Source: Felis catus (taxonomy: Eukaryota). Taken from it: a stretch of DNA of 64,000 nucleotides. Numbering within the stretch: position 1 is the stretch's first letter; the number at the start of each line of letters is the position of its first letter. This document shows, one piece after another, positions 12,497 to 26,449 of this stretch. The notes beneath the pieces were generated by a model. That model was not told the origin of the DNA. It did no database searches and saw only the letters and a list, made by a program, of their open reading frames with translations. The stretch covers positions 99,884,001 to 99,948,000 of the forward strand of contig NC_058368.1 in the NCBI RefSeq assembly GCF_018350175.1. Reading direction: 5' to 3'. The translations under genes were made by a program, and so were the position numbers.

Positions 12497-13390
12497 TGGT
12501 ATATTCAGGCTCTCACATACTATGAATAATGAAACAACTTGCCATCTAAAATGATGCTAAAATATAGTTTTACCAAAGCATAAAGGGCACTTGTATGAAT
12601 ATATATGCATCAAACTGCTAAGATGTACAAGCTAAGCAATTTTAAAAGGGAATTGAGTACTAAGAACTAGTTTTCCTTTAAAAACTCAAGTTCCACAGGC
12701 CAAAGGAAAAAAATCTGAGTACCAACAAAGTGACATAAACCTCTATTTTAATTCCTACTAGGAAATAATTCTTTTAACTATTATTTTAATCCATAAGGCT
12801 TACATTTCATTTTAATATGGCTGTCATTTTCTCTGCATATGCTTTCTCAATGTGAAAACAAAGTCTTATTCAAGATCTTTACAAATACAGAAGATATTAG
12901 CTTGCCCTGTCATTTAGAAGGCCTACGTTTTGAGAAAGAGTATTATACTGAAAAGATGCCCTTGTGATTTAGCAGTTCTTTATCAGCTCCCCACAAAATA
13001 ACAACTTTCACATATGGGAAATTATGTGAAATATACAGGAAATTCCACAGATGGAAATCATATATTACCCAAAGATAAAACTATCCAGTGAACTTTCTGT
13101 TGGACTACCTACTCCCTGTTTTTCTCCATCTTGCCCTTTTGTGTGTCTTGCCTTAACAATATTACTCAGCCATTATTCCCTTTTGACATAAAATAGCACT
13201 TAGTGATTTTTCTTATCATAACCAAACTCAGAAAAATGCATACATCAGAAATTTTCGAGATACTCTGACATCTTATTTCTATTAAGGTCCTTACATGGCT
13301 TTGATGTGTCCATGTTTCAATCATTATCTGTTTCAGTCTCCACAGAGCTCTTGGGAAGGTAAGAGCTTGATGGTAAAAAGGACTACTAGC

Positions 13391-13750
13391 TGTTTTAGCC
13401 AGCTTGGTCTGCCATAGCAAAAATGTCAAAGACTGGGTGGTATAAACAACAGAAATTTATTTTCTCATAGTTCTGGAGAGCAGAAGTCTAAGATCAAGGT
13501 ACTAGCATGGCTGGCTTCTAATGAGAACTCTCTCCTTGGCTTACAGATGGCCATCTGCTATCTGTGTCCTCACATGCCTTTTCTTCTGTGCAGCACACTC
13601 CTGGTGTTTCTCATTGAAACGCCAACACTTTAAGACATAATTTACCTAATTAACCCCTGAAAAGGCCTATCGTCAAATATAGTCACATTGGGAGTTAGGA
13701 CTTCAACATATGGATTTGAGGGGTGGGGGGAAACAATTGAGTCCATAACA
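13391..13750 (-). mobile_element. MaLR (MLT1A-like) solo LTR
   Basis: tg...ca termini; aaacaacagaaatttattttctcatagttctggag, aagtctaagatcaagg and ggacttcaacatatg motifs. Confidence 0.8.
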
Positions 13751-14149
13751 CTTGCCAGTATGCTGGGATCTTAAATGATATCTTTAGGGTCCCACAGGAA
13801 ACTCTATGGTTCATCCAGGGGTCATTCAGCTCTAGAAGGTCTGTGACATTCCATTTGCTAGTCCCATCACAGATTATGAGCTTCCTCTGGATTTGTGTCT
13901 CAGTATATAGAACAAGTATTTATGGAGTTGTGTCTGCAGTATTGGAGCAGCCAATGGCAACTCTAAAGGAAACTCTTCTAAACTTTCCTTTACATATTAG
14001 GAAATAAAGCAAACCATTTATCAATGACTCACAGTGGATCCAGGTGACTGTCTTATAAAGGTGCCATTCTCATGACCTAAATCTCTGTCCTTTTCAGATA
14101 GTATTGATCATGACTTAGAGCCATCTGAGAGAATCAATCCTTCTTCATT

Positions 14150-14262
14150 AATTTATTCATTCATTCATCCATCAACTATTTATTGTTTGAACGTGCTGGT
14201 CAATACCCAACACACTGGGATTCAGCGATAAGGAAGACAAGGTCCCAACTCATAGTTGAGAA
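14150..14262 (-). mobile_element. L2 3'-end fragment
   Basis: (ttca)n tail followed by tatttattg... pattern. Confidence 0.5.
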
Positions 14263-15896
14263 CTGAACTTGAAATTTTAGAATGTGGACCTTTGGACCTA
14301 AGTTTGGAGGACATAATCACTATCCTGGTTTCAATATCATAAAAAAGTGGATCAAAATTAAAATGCTTTCAGGTCGGGACCGCTGCTAGGCCACACAATG
14401 CCTTTGTGCAAGTTAAAAAATGGCAACTTCTCTATGCCCAGATTGGCACATGAACAACACCAGTGTACGACGAGCATCCCTTTCTTCAATGGACACAGGC
14501 TAAGCACGATGCACAGGCAGGACTGTGGCCACCTACAGACTCTTCGGTTGTATCCATTTGTCCAAAGAACACAAACTGCACCATTATAAGTGGCAGTTGT
14601 CTCGCAGATGGTGGCATTCAGAATATATTGGGGAGCAACACAGGCCGCCAGCAAACATTCCAATTGAACACCACCTCATACACCAAACAGTTAACCTGAG
14701 AAGATTAAGTAAGGTCTAGGAGATTTCAAGGCCAATCCAGAGATTAAAGGAGGCTAGTCAGTAGAATCCCAGATCCAAAAAAATGTGAATATATAAATTC
14801 CACAACAATGAAATTCCAGAGATCTTTGTGACTGATTTTATCCCCAGGAACTCTTCGATCTTCTAGAGAAAGCAAGAAAGGTAGACTACCTTCATGTCAT
14901 GCTTGTTCTAGCCATCTATTTTCTGAATTATATTACAAATCAACTATGAATAGGGACCTAAGCTGTGAATGCCATGTACCTTAGAAGTACTTATGAAATG
15001 CAAAGCAACACAATCCTATTTTCAACAGAAGTAAAAAAAAAAAAAAAGGAAAGAAAGAAAGAGAGATTGAAAAAAATCGGTTATGTAGGAATGACTAATT
15101 TCTAGTTACAGAAATGATTATTGGGTGAAGAGGAACAGTCTCAAGTGTCCTGCATACACTATCCTAAAATATCTTCATATTTCATTTATTTTAGTTAGTG
15201 TTTTTCCAGTAGGCATGCATGAATGCATAACATCAATTCAGTGACTGAGAAGTTTGATAACACCATTTTTCTATATCATGAAGATAAATACACAACTTAG
15301 CTTTAGGCTTATAATTAAATGAACCACAAAACTCTGATTTATTAAAACTCTTTGCAGATTTTTGGACAGAAATTTATTCATGTTCAAAGGTAACAATAAA
15401 TTATTATAAACGTTTCTGAACTGAAATTTGTGTTTTTCTGGCCTACAGAAAAGATGTAAGTAAACTCTTTATTCCCTTAATTATATTATAAGTCATACTT
15501 AGGTGGACCAAATTAATAATAAGATTGATAGAAGACATTGTTGGCATATATGCTGATAAAGTGTAAACAGCATTTTTATTTTTTCTTTGTAAAAAATTTT
15601 ATTACTGAAATCTAGCTGATAAACAATGTTGTATGAGTTTCAGGTGTACAACATAGTGATATGTGGCTTAATATCAAAATGAGTGCAATGCCTATGACCA
15701 CACAACAGTCCTAGATTCTAGGGCTATCATCTAGAATCTATATTCTAGATGATCACAAACTGTCATTTCTCCTTTCCTCAAGCACATGTGCTTTTAATTT
15801 TTATCAAACCTATTCTATCTTAATTCTTTACTAATATTTCCTAACCTATATTGCCATCTCCATTTGTCCCATGAGGTTTGAAAATTGTTATTTCTT

Positions 15897-16021
15897 GGGG
15901 TGCCTGGTCGCTCAGTTGGTTAAGTATCTGACTCTTGATTTCAGCTCAGGTCATGATCTCATGGTTTGTGGGATGGAGCCCCACATAGGTCTCTGTGCTG
16001 ATAGCGTGGAGCCTGCTTGGG

Positions 16022-16075
<54 letters not shown>

Positions 16076-16135
16076 CTTCCACCACTTGTGCACTCTCTCT
16101 CTCTCTCAAAATAAATAAATAAACTTAAAAAAAAG
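15897..16135 (+). mobile_element. Can-SINE with long (CT)n
   Basis: Typical head and tail; TSD aaattgttatttctt (15882-15896) / aaattgttagttctt (16136-16150). Confidence 0.95.
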
Positions 16136-16538
16136 AAATTGTTAGTTCTTATCACTCCCACATTTCTCCCACTGTGCCACTGCACTAGCCACTTTCAACA
16201 GATGATGACTAGGCTATAGTCATTTCCCTGGTTTAGAGTCTTCTTTATGTACATTTCTTGTCCTCTCTGATTATCCGGCCTCCTCAAAAGTGTCCTTTTA
16301 TACTTTTTAATTAAAGAAATACTGAAATAGAAATTAAGTAAAATCAGCCATAATCACGTTACTTTAAAATGTATAAAAAGTTAATGTATAAAAAACTAAA
16401 TCCACATCTTCCTCTTTCCCAATCTATCCAATTGCAAAGGTCAGAAGTTATGGTTAATAGCTCAGTGCCCACCTCTTCTGACATTTTTCTATTTTTATAC
16501 AGATGTCTTTCTCTCTCTCTTTCATATGTTTGCGCACG

Positions 16539-16573
<35 letters not shown>
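16539..16573. repeat. (TG)n microsatellite, probably within a degraded old L1 fragment
   Basis: Seen directly. Confidence 0.9.
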
Positions 16574-16576
<3 letters not shown>

Positions 16577-17234
16577 CACTTAAATGTACACTGTTTTATT
16601 TCCTCCAAATATGGGAATGTGCGCACACACACACACATTGCTTTTTCCACTGAAAATATCTTATGGATATCTCTCTACATTATAAAGAGAACTACTTTAT
16701 TTTACTAAAGGGCTGTATGATATCCCCTGTAATTTGTCAAAGACAGTTTAGATACAGCTTTTTATTTTTATGTGTAACACTGCAATGGAATTAACATACA
16801 TCTCTATGTACTCTTTAAGCACTATATTTTTTCCATGTAATTAATTTCTCAAAGTGAGATGGTGAGATCAAAAGGTTATTCTTTGATGAGATTCTTGAGA
16901 AAAGGATCCATTTGTAGAATCCCACAGGATTTATATAACACTCCAAGATACAGTGGTCACTAACTGGTGTTAGCAGACTCTAGTTAATTGAGTGGTTGAC
17001 TATTCTAAAAATAGAACTGTCCTTTGTAAATACCTGAACAAATACAAGTGATTGACTCTTTCACTTTTTCCTACAGAATAGATTCTACACAGCCATCCAA
17101 AGCATCAGTTGAGGAGGTTATGGTGATAGGCAAGTCTTTATTCACAAGAAATTTTTTTTATTGTGTGACTTTGATGCAAATGAAAGCCAACCCACCATTG
17201 TCATTGAGAAAACATTAGCATCTCTCAGTTTTGC

Positions 17235-17237
17235 TTT

Positions 17238-17293
<56 letters not shown>

Positions 17294-17528
17294 TTTTCTT
17301 TCTTTCTTTTATTTTAGAAAGAGAGAAAAAGAGAGTTTAAGCAGGGGAGATGGGCAGAGGGAGACAGAGAGAGAATCTCAAGCAGGCTCCATGCTCAGGG
17401 TTCAGTATGGGGCACCAAGTAGGCCTGACCCAGGCCCCATGTGGGGATCAATCCCATGATCCTGGAATCATGACATGAGCCAAAATCAAGAGTCAGATGC
17501 TCAACCCACTGAGCCATCCAGGTGCCCC
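17235..17528 (-). mobile_element. Can-SINE with (TTTC)n tail expansion and an atypical internal segment
   Basis: Reverse-complement head ...gagccatccaggtgcccc; (ttct)n tract at 17235-17310. Confidence 0.9.
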
Positions 17529-17660
17529 AGTTTTACTGCATTCTAATATACTGCATGGGAAAATACACCATGTATTAGGTTGGTGTAGTATACTTTAAAG
17601 ACCACTGTCCAAAGGCTGGCCTGTTGCTATCAAAATTTGTAACTGTGTCAATACTCTCTA

Positions 17661-17874
17661 AATTTTTTTTTCAACGTTTATTTATTTTTGGGACAGAGAG
17701 AGACAGAGCATGAACGGGGGAGGGGCAGAGAGAGAGGGGGACACAGAATCGGAAACAGGCTCCAGGCTCTGAGCCATCAGCCCAGAGCCTGACGCGGGGC
17801 TCGAACTCACGGACCGCGAGATCGTGACCTGGCTGAAGTCGGACACTTAACCCACTGCGCCACCCAGGTGCCCC
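17661..17874 (-). mobile_element. Young felid Can-SINE (SINEC_Fc-like)
   Basis: CpG-rich; perfect 18-bp TSD ctgtgtcaatactctcta (17643-17660 / 17876-17893). Confidence 0.97.
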
Positions 17875-18917
17875 TCTGTGTCAATACTCTCTAGCATACA
17901 ACTTCTGCATTTGTAAAATAAGATAAATAAAATAGACAAACTCCATGTTCCTTTCTGGTTCTAAATTCTCTACTAAATCCCTGCCAATAAAGACAGCAGT
18001 GCCATATTATTTAACTTTCAAAATATTCCTCCCACTTTGATTGAAAATGGAATTATTAGAAACATTTTTCCTAGATCCGTTGAAATTGTATAAAACTGGA
18101 GAAATGTGTTCATATAGCTTTGAATTCGCCAACAAAGTGGATGTACTGATTCCTACTGTACAATGTTTTTGTGAAAATTCAGTGATCAAATACTCTTAGA
18201 ATACTTTGTATAGTGCTTAGCATATATGAGTACTCAGTGGCTACTACTTTTTTTTTTCATTATGATCACTGGAGAAGGTTTAGAGCTTGTGTTTAAATGC
18301 TATATCATTATATCCTGTTTTAAATCATGAAATTGCTTAAAATAGCAGAATTAAGTAATCATTATCAAAAATTTTTTACACAAATTGTGGAGTGTCTTAG
18401 CTTCTTTAATAAAGAATAATTGCAAACGTATTTACTCCTGAACTAATATTGAAAGAGCTAAAATATAAAACATAACAAGCAGAAGAGATTACCAAGAACA
18501 TACTCAATGATCTTCAATCACCATCAGTTGATCCAAGTCCAGCCCATGAACTGAAAGAACCCTCTGTTATATAACTTGAGTAATGATGGCAAACCACATC
18601 CTTGGTGGAAGCAGCATCCCAGGGTTCTAGCACTGAAAATAGCTACTTCTAGCATATATAAAGGCCAGCATATGTATACTTTATGCACTTTATTATTTCA
18701 TAAAAGTTTAGGCTACAATGTATAACAGCAAGAAAGGACATATGCAATCATTAAATCCTTTAGAGCTAGAAAGAAGGCTCCAAACCTTGACCTTATTCAA
18801 GTCAATTCTGTCCTAATATGCATTACACATACTATCCGTACTCCAAACAAACACCAACAAAGTTTTGCCTACAGCCTCTCTGCTCCAAATTCAACTCCAT
18901 CCTCCCACCTTTGGAGG

Positions 18918-18960
<43 letters not shown>
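18918..18960. repeat. (GTT)n microsatellite
   Basis: Seen directly. Confidence 0.95.
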
Positions 18961-18961
<1 letters not shown>

Positions 18962-20539
18962 TCTGCACAGAATCTTATCCCAAACATCTTTTAAGACCAC
19001 AGTCAAGCTGACCTTCTGTGCAAGGCACACCATAATCCTCCTGTACTTGGTTTGAGGTCGGATTCAACCTTCTATGATTCAGTGTGGCTCTACCTCTTGA
19101 TTTCGAATCCACAGAGGCCCTAAAATCCAGGTGTCTTTTACTTTTTCATAGTATGAGGGGCTTCTTACTCATCCGTCATCAGCTGCTCAAAACATATATT
19201 TAGAATTTACTTGAATCGAATCAAATTGAATTGAAGAGGACGGTTGATTCAACCGTTAAGAACATAAGGCTCAAAATTAATATACGTTTACTGGGTTCCA
19301 CTAGTAGCAGAGATAGAAAAAATAAGCCATTAAATGCACTGCAGCTAAACCATTAAACCAACTACAGTTCCCCTCATCTTTGTTGCTTAAGTGTTATTTA
19401 GAACCAGCAAAGTTTGGGGACGTGAAGGAATTTTACTCCCTAATTAGCTTTATTAACAGTGCTCCTTGGGTGCAATGGATCAGGTGCCATCTAAATGCTA
19501 GATACACAAGGGTGAAAACAGATGGACAAGAATTTTTCAGTTTAGTGGGGTAATAGGCTAAGTAAATAATTAGAATTCCATCTCCACACCAGGGTAAGTA
19601 GAGGAGCGTGGAACTCCTTGAAGGCCTCTAAGAATCATCTAAGATATGATGAGAACAGTGGAAGTGAGTGAGCTGACAAAGATACAAAAGGAGGGGGTGC
19701 TAGACACAGCTACATGGCTGTGGAAAAGCAGGTACACTGGGGTGGGGTGTCAAAAGATAAATCCATGTTAATTTGCTCATTCTTTGTAGCAACCACCAAA
19801 GGGCCTTCATGAATGAACTAAACATTCATACCTACAAGCCTGGCACCATGCCACTCAGGATTAAAATAGAAACCATGGTTTATTGGCACAGTAGTATCAA
19901 GCATCCTGTTAAGATCCCCATAAAATGGGTAGGAGAGATGCCCTGGCTAAAAAGCCTCATGTCCACAAGAACAAATACCTTTTGTAACAATGCCACAGCT
20001 TCCAAAAATCCCAGTAAAGGCATGCTCAGAGACAAAGTTCATCATACTCAGAGAAGATTAATGTTAATATGCCAATCAGGGATAATTTTCCCACCAGCAA
20101 GATGGCCTGGATGTGTACTCCACATCTGAGCAGAGGCAGACAGTTAACCAGTTGTCATCATCTCTTGCGGAAGGGGAAAGGGTTTGACAAGCATCTGCCC
20201 ACACTGTCCTGTGGTTAGTTCTGAGTGGAGCAGTGCTCCAGGTAGTGGACACAGCATGTAGAAGCCTATGGGAAAGGAACAAATAGTACCTTCTGGTGCC
20301 TAAAGCAAAGTTCATAAAAAGACTGAAGCATACTGGGAGCTGAGAGAGAGTAAGAAGCGCTGGAAATGGCAAGGAAAAGTCACAGAAGCCCGGGAGAATA
20401 TATTTTACAGGGCTGTGGTTTAATGTGGGACTACTTGAAGGTTCAACGCAAGTGGATAATTTAATCATATTTGCTTTTTAGATAGCTGTCTGGGGCTATT
20501 CTATGCACAGGAGATTAGAAGAGACACAAAACGGTCTGA

Positions 20540-20950
20540 TGTCTATATCTGCCTCTACATACCCACCATGCAACTTTCCTGGCCCTGTTCTCTCCCCAGG
20601 GGTCAGTCTGAATGCACTACAGCAATGAGTTCCCTAGCTTCTGACTTTCTGTTAGGGTCAACCTATGCAGAGCCCTAGCAAGAGACCCAAAGGAAGACAG
20701 AGAATGAGGTCACATAATCATTCCCCTGGATTCTTCCCTTCCAGGTTCCTTCCCTGAGATTGGCCATGTCCTTCCACCAGGTGTCATTGCTCCTTTTCAG
20801 GTTGCTCTCAGAACAGTTCACTGTCACCTGGGTTCTGATAGCCAGCCACTCCTCTTGACATCAGCTCCAGGAGTACTGAACTAACTAGAACTATTCTTAT
20901 TTTGAAGTGTTCTATCTATTTTCTCCTAGGTCCTGGTCTGATCACAATAA
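20540..20950 (+). mobile_element. Ancient ERVL-class LTR (LTR33-like) remnant
   Basis: Diverged motifs recalled for LTR33-type elements; low identity. Confidence 0.4.
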
Positions 20951-21284
20951 GACGTTAGGTTAGGCAACCAGTTAGGAGTTGTTGGGATCCTGCCCAAGAT
21001 CCCCTTGGAAAGCTTTCACCATGTGTGTGCCCCCTGCCCTGACCCAACCTTCTGTGTGCTCCTTCTAACAAGAGAATCTGTAACACTGGTAGGAAGATGA
21101 TGGTCAGGACCGGAACTGCTTTTCCAGGACATGCAGACAAGCAGAGAACTTGAGTGTGTACATCTCCCTAGGGCAGACCTCATAGGCTGTGACTGGCTGG
21201 CTCCTTGTCCCAGCTCCATTTCTGAGGCATGCCTATCCTCCAGGGGATCCAGAGGTCCCCTGTGGGATCAGTTCAAGTTATCCC

Positions 21285-22330
21285 ATATTCAGGGCCCAGT
21301 GAAAATGGTAGCCCATCTTGATGAAAATGCAGGGGAAAGTGCTATTAAAGGCACTAAATAATAAAACGTTTTACTCTCCTCTGTGGTCTCTCTTGACTTG
21401 TCATGGCATTTTGACCTTCTATTTAATGTCATTTTAAGAAAGAAAAATGCTTAACATCTTACACTGTAAGCCTCAGTTTCACTGTTCACGTTTAGATTTT
21501 AGATTGTGCAATGCCTGCTTTAAGTATAAATATAAGAGCAATTTATTGATATAAAAAGTCACTGAAATTACACAATTCATATTTTGTGGCTTGTACATGC
21601 ATAGGTATTTCATTGTTACCAGAACAGGGGAAATGCTACACAAAAGTAACTGAATTGTTTTTATTTCGTTTTTTGAATGGGCACACGTTCTATTAACACT
21701 CCATCTTTAGCTTACTGATAAAGGAAGGACCAAAAGGAAAATGAACTATGGGTTACTTTACTTCCTAGATTCCATCCGTGTCACCATTTTTAGCATAAAT
21801 GACTTGCTAAGACAGTGAAGTCTGACACTAGCAAGAAAAGATCTGGTAAGTTTCCTTAGTCCTTCCTGTTTGTTCCTTGGAATGTCAGGGACTTCTTTCT
21901 GCATTCCCCGCACATTCTGCTTCAAAAGCAAAGGGCAGCTTGGAAAGCAAATGGGCACCCCAGCTTCCTTAGTCACAGATTCAACACCTCTACCTCCAAC
22001 TTGCTTTCAGTGATGCTTATCTCCCACTCCTTATGGCTCCACCAAAATTCAACATTCAGGGAGCATTGTAAGCGCTATCTGTGAACAGGGACGCAAGGGA
22101 TGAGAAACACACAAATTACATGTGTCCGCTCACCTGTGCACTCCATTGTGCTCCCCCCACCCCAACACACACACACACCACAACCGACTGCTCTTAAAAG
22201 ATACAGGTTCAAAAATCAGATTCTTAATGACTTTCAAGACCACGGCGGCAGCAAAGCATTAAACCAAGCCCAGGGCTTGACTCAGTTCAGGGCGCTACCC
22301 GTTTGCACAGGCCTTTGAAGCTAGCCTTTT
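21285..22330 (+). mobile_element. MER45B-like hAT-Tip100 non-autonomous DNA transposon
   Basis: 5' gggcccagtg...gaaaatgcagggg; 3' tttcaagac..cggcagc.aagcattaaaccaagc...tgcacagg...tgaagctagcc resembles the MER45 ends. Confidence 0.7.
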
Positions 22331-22796
22331 CTGTTCTCAATTTTGCTGAATCACACCCTTTTATTGTTTCCCCCTTTACACTTCTTCTACTTCCTTACTG
22401 GTTTCTCCTGGCGGCATTTCCTTGATAAATCACTTGCAAATGAGACATTTGCTGGAAGTTTGCTTAGGAAACCAACCTAAAAAAGGTTTTATTGGAAATG
22501 TTCCTAAGAGGCAAATCTAAGATGAGTTTCAGGAACTGGATCACTGGCTGGATAAGTAACAACACGCACCCCACACCTACGTCCCGCAATACTGGTGGTG
22601 AGTGGAGGGTGATAGTTCCTGGGGTGTTCCAGCATTGCAGTTACTAAGATTTCCACTTATAGAACTGGGACAGACACAGATGGAAGGAGATGCCCTTGTG
22701 TGTGCAGTCTCTCTCTTGGGTAAGGGCTGTGGTGGAAATGTGGAATTGACTGGGTTTGACTGAGCACCGCTGATGCATAAAAAAGAGAAAATGACA

Positions 22797-23020
22797 GGGG
22801 CGCATCGGTGGCTCATTCAGTTAAATGTTGGACCCTTGATTATGGCTCAGGTCATGATCTCACAGTTCCTGGGTTCGAGCCCTGTGTTAGGCTCTATGGG
22901 GATAGTGTGGAGCCTGCTTGAGATTGTCTCTCTGCCCCTCACCCACTCATGTGAGTGCCCTCACTTGCTCTCTTTGTCTCTCTCTCTCTCTCTCTCAAGA
23001 TAAATAAGGCTTAAAAAAGA
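22797..23020 (+). mobile_element. Can-SINE (diverged), apparently inserted in ERVL/MaLR internal-like sequence
   Basis: ggggcgcatcggtggctcattcagttaa head, gggttcgagccc B-box, (CT)n, A tail. Confidence 0.9.
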
Positions 23021-23134
23021 GAGAGAGAGAAAGAGAGAGAATGGCAGACTCGGCTGAGTTAATTACCAGAGTAATGAAGTGAATATCAGAAATGCTCCAT
23101 GGCAGTGTATAAAGAGGTCCTCCTCTCCAGAGCA

Positions 23135-23349
23135 GGAGTCAGCAAACTCTTTGGGCCAAGTTTGATCCACTACTATCTTTGTAAATAAAGTCTAACTAGA
23201 ACACGACCACACTTATTCATTACATGTACTCTATGACTGCTTATAGTACACCATAATAGCAGAGTTGAATAGATACCAAAGAGACCTTATGCCCCACCAA
23301 GCCTAAAATATTGCTCTGGCTCAGTACAGAAAAAGTTTGCAAGTCCCTG
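23135..23349. mobile_element. MER58A-like hAT-Charlie MITE
   Basis: Terminal inverted repeats caggagtcagcaaact ... agtttgcaagtccctg; internal tttgtaaataaagt and aagcctaaaatatt motifs. Confidence 0.8.
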
Positions 23350-23369
23350 ACCTGGAGTCTGAAAGCAGC

Positions 23370-23585
23370 CTGAGCTGCTTGTCACATGGACTTCCTCCTT
23401 GCCTGTCTCTGTCTAAATTTTCGTCTCCTTGGAAGAACCCCAATCACTGAAATAGGATACACCTTAATCCAGTATGATCTCACTTTAACTTGGTTACATC
23501 TGCAAAGACCCTATTTCTGAATAAGGCCTATTCACAGATTCTGGGTGGACAAGAATTTTACTGGGATACTATTCACCTAGTATAC
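23370..23585 (-). mobile_element. MaLR MLT1B/C-like LTR fragment
   Basis: ttaatccagtatgatctca..ttaacttggttacatctgcaaagaccctattt motif. Confidence 0.75.
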
Positions 23586-24444
23586 CACGATATCAACAAT
23601 TAGGTCCAAATCTCAGCATGGCGCAACTAGGGAAATGCTGGCTCTGCTAAGGGATGGAAGGATTATACTTAGAAGCCCAGGAGCTAAGATGTTCACACAG
23701 TTCTAGGAGTATAATGGTCTGAGGTATCCCAGACACCTCCTGAAGATAAAGTAGGAGTTACTGTACTGTGCCTCTGACCACAGAGGAAAAAAATTAACAA
23801 ATGAAATGAATTAAAACAGAGTTTGCTAGACCTCTTCTAGTTTTAGAGGCAGCTTGCACTGCAGTTCTGACTCATTTATCGAGTGACCTGGGAGATTTCC
23901 CAGTTTTGAATAGATCTGAGAGTGAGGCAAGAACGTGTTCCGCAGCTGAGTGCAACCACTCCCTTTAGAATTTTCAGAGATTTCCTTGTGATAATACACC
24001 GAATCACAATACATTTTCCTTTTCCTAAGACAAAATCCTCTACTGTTCTCTGTTTAAAACCCTCAGATATTCCATTAACAGCAAGAACATAATCCAGAAT
24101 CCAGAATCCATATTCCAGTGATCAGTGGACTTCTCTCCACCCTAGATTTGTCACATTTTGGACTTCTAACAGCAAGCAATTTTGAAAGGGCCAGTATCAG
24201 TAATAAAGATGAAGAATTGCTTGTGTGATTAACCATGTTTGAACATTAAAGAAAGAATGAAAAGAAAGAGAGACAAAGAAGAGAAAAGGAGAAAATATGT
24301 CTTCACTACATGTATGTACAAGTAAAAAAGGAGTAGACTTACTGTTCATTTTTCCTTTTCCTCATTATTTATGACTCTGCTCCCATCTATTAACGTAAAA
24401 CGGTAGAGTGATGTTTAAATATTTTCCAAGATAGGTAAATTCTA

Positions 24445-24655
24445 TTTTTTTTACATTTATTTAATTTTGATAGACATAGAGAGACAGAACACAACTGGGG
24501 GAGGGGCAGAGAGAAGGAGACACAGAATCCGAAGCGGGCTCCAGGCTCTGAGCTGTCAGCACAGAGCCCGACGCGGAGCTCGAACTCACAAACTGCGAGA
24601 TCATGATCTGAGCCAAAGTCGGACGCTTAACAGACTGAACCACCAGGCGCTCCCC
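24445..24655 (-). mobile_element. Can-SINE
   Basis: TSD aagataggtaaattcta (24428-24444) / aaggtaggtaaattcta (24656-24672). Confidence 0.95.
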
Positions 24656-25039
24656 AAGGTAGGTAAATTCTAAAAAAATATTTAGTATTTAAAATCAAAT
24701 GCTTTGAAGAAAATACCAAAACACGATTCAGTGAATTACAACCCACTTTCATATAGTTCCTAAATCTCCAAGTGGCAAAGCATTTTCACATATAATACAA
24801 ATACTTTACCCAATACATCTATAAAGAAGAAAATAGAAGATATTGTTATTCCTTTAAAGGCTGAAATCAGCAAAGTACAGAGCTTTTCTAATAACTTAAA
24901 GTGAAGCCATCTCTCAATATACTTGACAAACACATGCTAGGCAAGCTGATATGCCATAGGAAATAAAAATCCCTATCCCCATTCTTCTGGGGGATAGAAG
25001 CATTGTGCCAAGACTAAAAATTTAAAACTGAGTAGGATG

Positions 25040-25292
25040 GGTAGCCAGAGGGCAGGGGGGGGGCAAAATGGGTGAAGGAGAGTGGGAGGCATAGGCTACC
25101 AATTATGGGATGAGTAAGTCATGGGAATGAAAAGTACATCACAGGGAATACAGTAATTGTATTGTAATATTGTAATGGCGTTGTATGGTAACAGAGGGTA
25201 GCTACACTTGTGATCATAGCACAATTTATAGACTTATGGAATGCTGTGCACCTGAAACTAACATAACATTATGTGTCAACTACAATAAAAAA
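25040..25292 (+). mobile_element. 5'-truncated carnivore L1 3' UTR
   Basis: Similar to the 3' UTR at 40815-41030; A tail; diverged TSD aaaactgagtaggatg / aaaaatgaggaggatg. Confidence 0.85.
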
Positions 25293-25324
25293 AAAATGAG
25301 GAGGATGAGAAGCTGTGCCCTTAA

Positions 25325-25326
<2 letters not shown>

Positions 25327-25363
<37 letters not shown>
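25327..25363. repeat. (CA)n microsatellite
   Basis: Seen directly. Confidence 0.95.
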
Positions 25364-25366
<3 letters not shown>

Positions 25367-26449
25367 CAACATACATACAAGCATGCACATGTGCATGCCC
25401 ATATACAACCATATGATATGATATACTCTCAGCATAAACAGTCTTCAACAACAACAACAAAGTAGTGATTAATTCCAAACGAAGTTATCTGAGACCTTAC
25501 AGAGAAAGTAACATATTTGATGGGACCTAAAAAGATAAGATGGATTTCATGAGGAAGTAAAAGAGGAGAAGACAGCAAGGTGGGGAAGTAGAGGCAACAC
25601 CAGAGAATCTTGAAAGCTTAGACAGGTGTTCAAGGAGGAGAAGTCATTAAAATGGAGGAAGAAATGACTGGTGAGGAATGGTGGGCCATGATCTAGGTGT
25701 GTACTTTTGGTAGAAGACCATTAATTTTACTATGAATACTAGAAATCAAAATGTCCCACAGATAAGAATCCTTGCATTTTCAAAGTCTAGCAAAATACAT
25801 GACAAACTTTGTAAGGGAACAAGAAACATTTTTGACAAGTTAACACAGGACGTTTAAGTGTGTATTGTGTTTTATGGCCTTGTTTTGCATTACATTTCAT
25901 GTACTGCATTTATTTTATATCTATGCTTTTTATTACCTTGGGGATAAGCATTTATATGAAGAGCATCATTTCTACTAAAACACTGGTAGCAGCAGTTAGC
26001 ATTTAACACCACTCTAAAGGATCATTTTCAGAACCTCTCTTTAGGGAACTACATTTTAGGAGAAACAAAACTTCGAAGAAAATACAAGCAAAGATGGATA
26101 TAGGAAAACAAAAGTTAGTGGGAAATTTCTTGGTGAATATCAGTTAGATTCTGCCAGCAGAGTTTAAGTGCAGCTAGATCTTAGGTGTCCACCTTTATTT
26201 ATCGTACACTTTAAGAAGTTCATCTGAGACCAAGGAGCTGCCTACAAAACTACACATTTGATGTGTCCAGATTATAAAAGAATTTCTACCTCACTATTCC
26301 TACATGATAACAATATAATGCGGGTAAGCATACTTTACAAACTGTATAAGTTTTTCCATATGTAATAATAATAATTACTGCTTACTGAATAATTAAAAAT
26401 GAATGATATTGAATAATTGAATAGACACTATGCAATAAGAACTGTTAAA

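Noticed and set aside
19241..19257. Short inverted repeat acggttga-t-tcaaccgt
   Set aside because: 8-bp arms are plausible by chance in 64 kb, and there is no supporting context.
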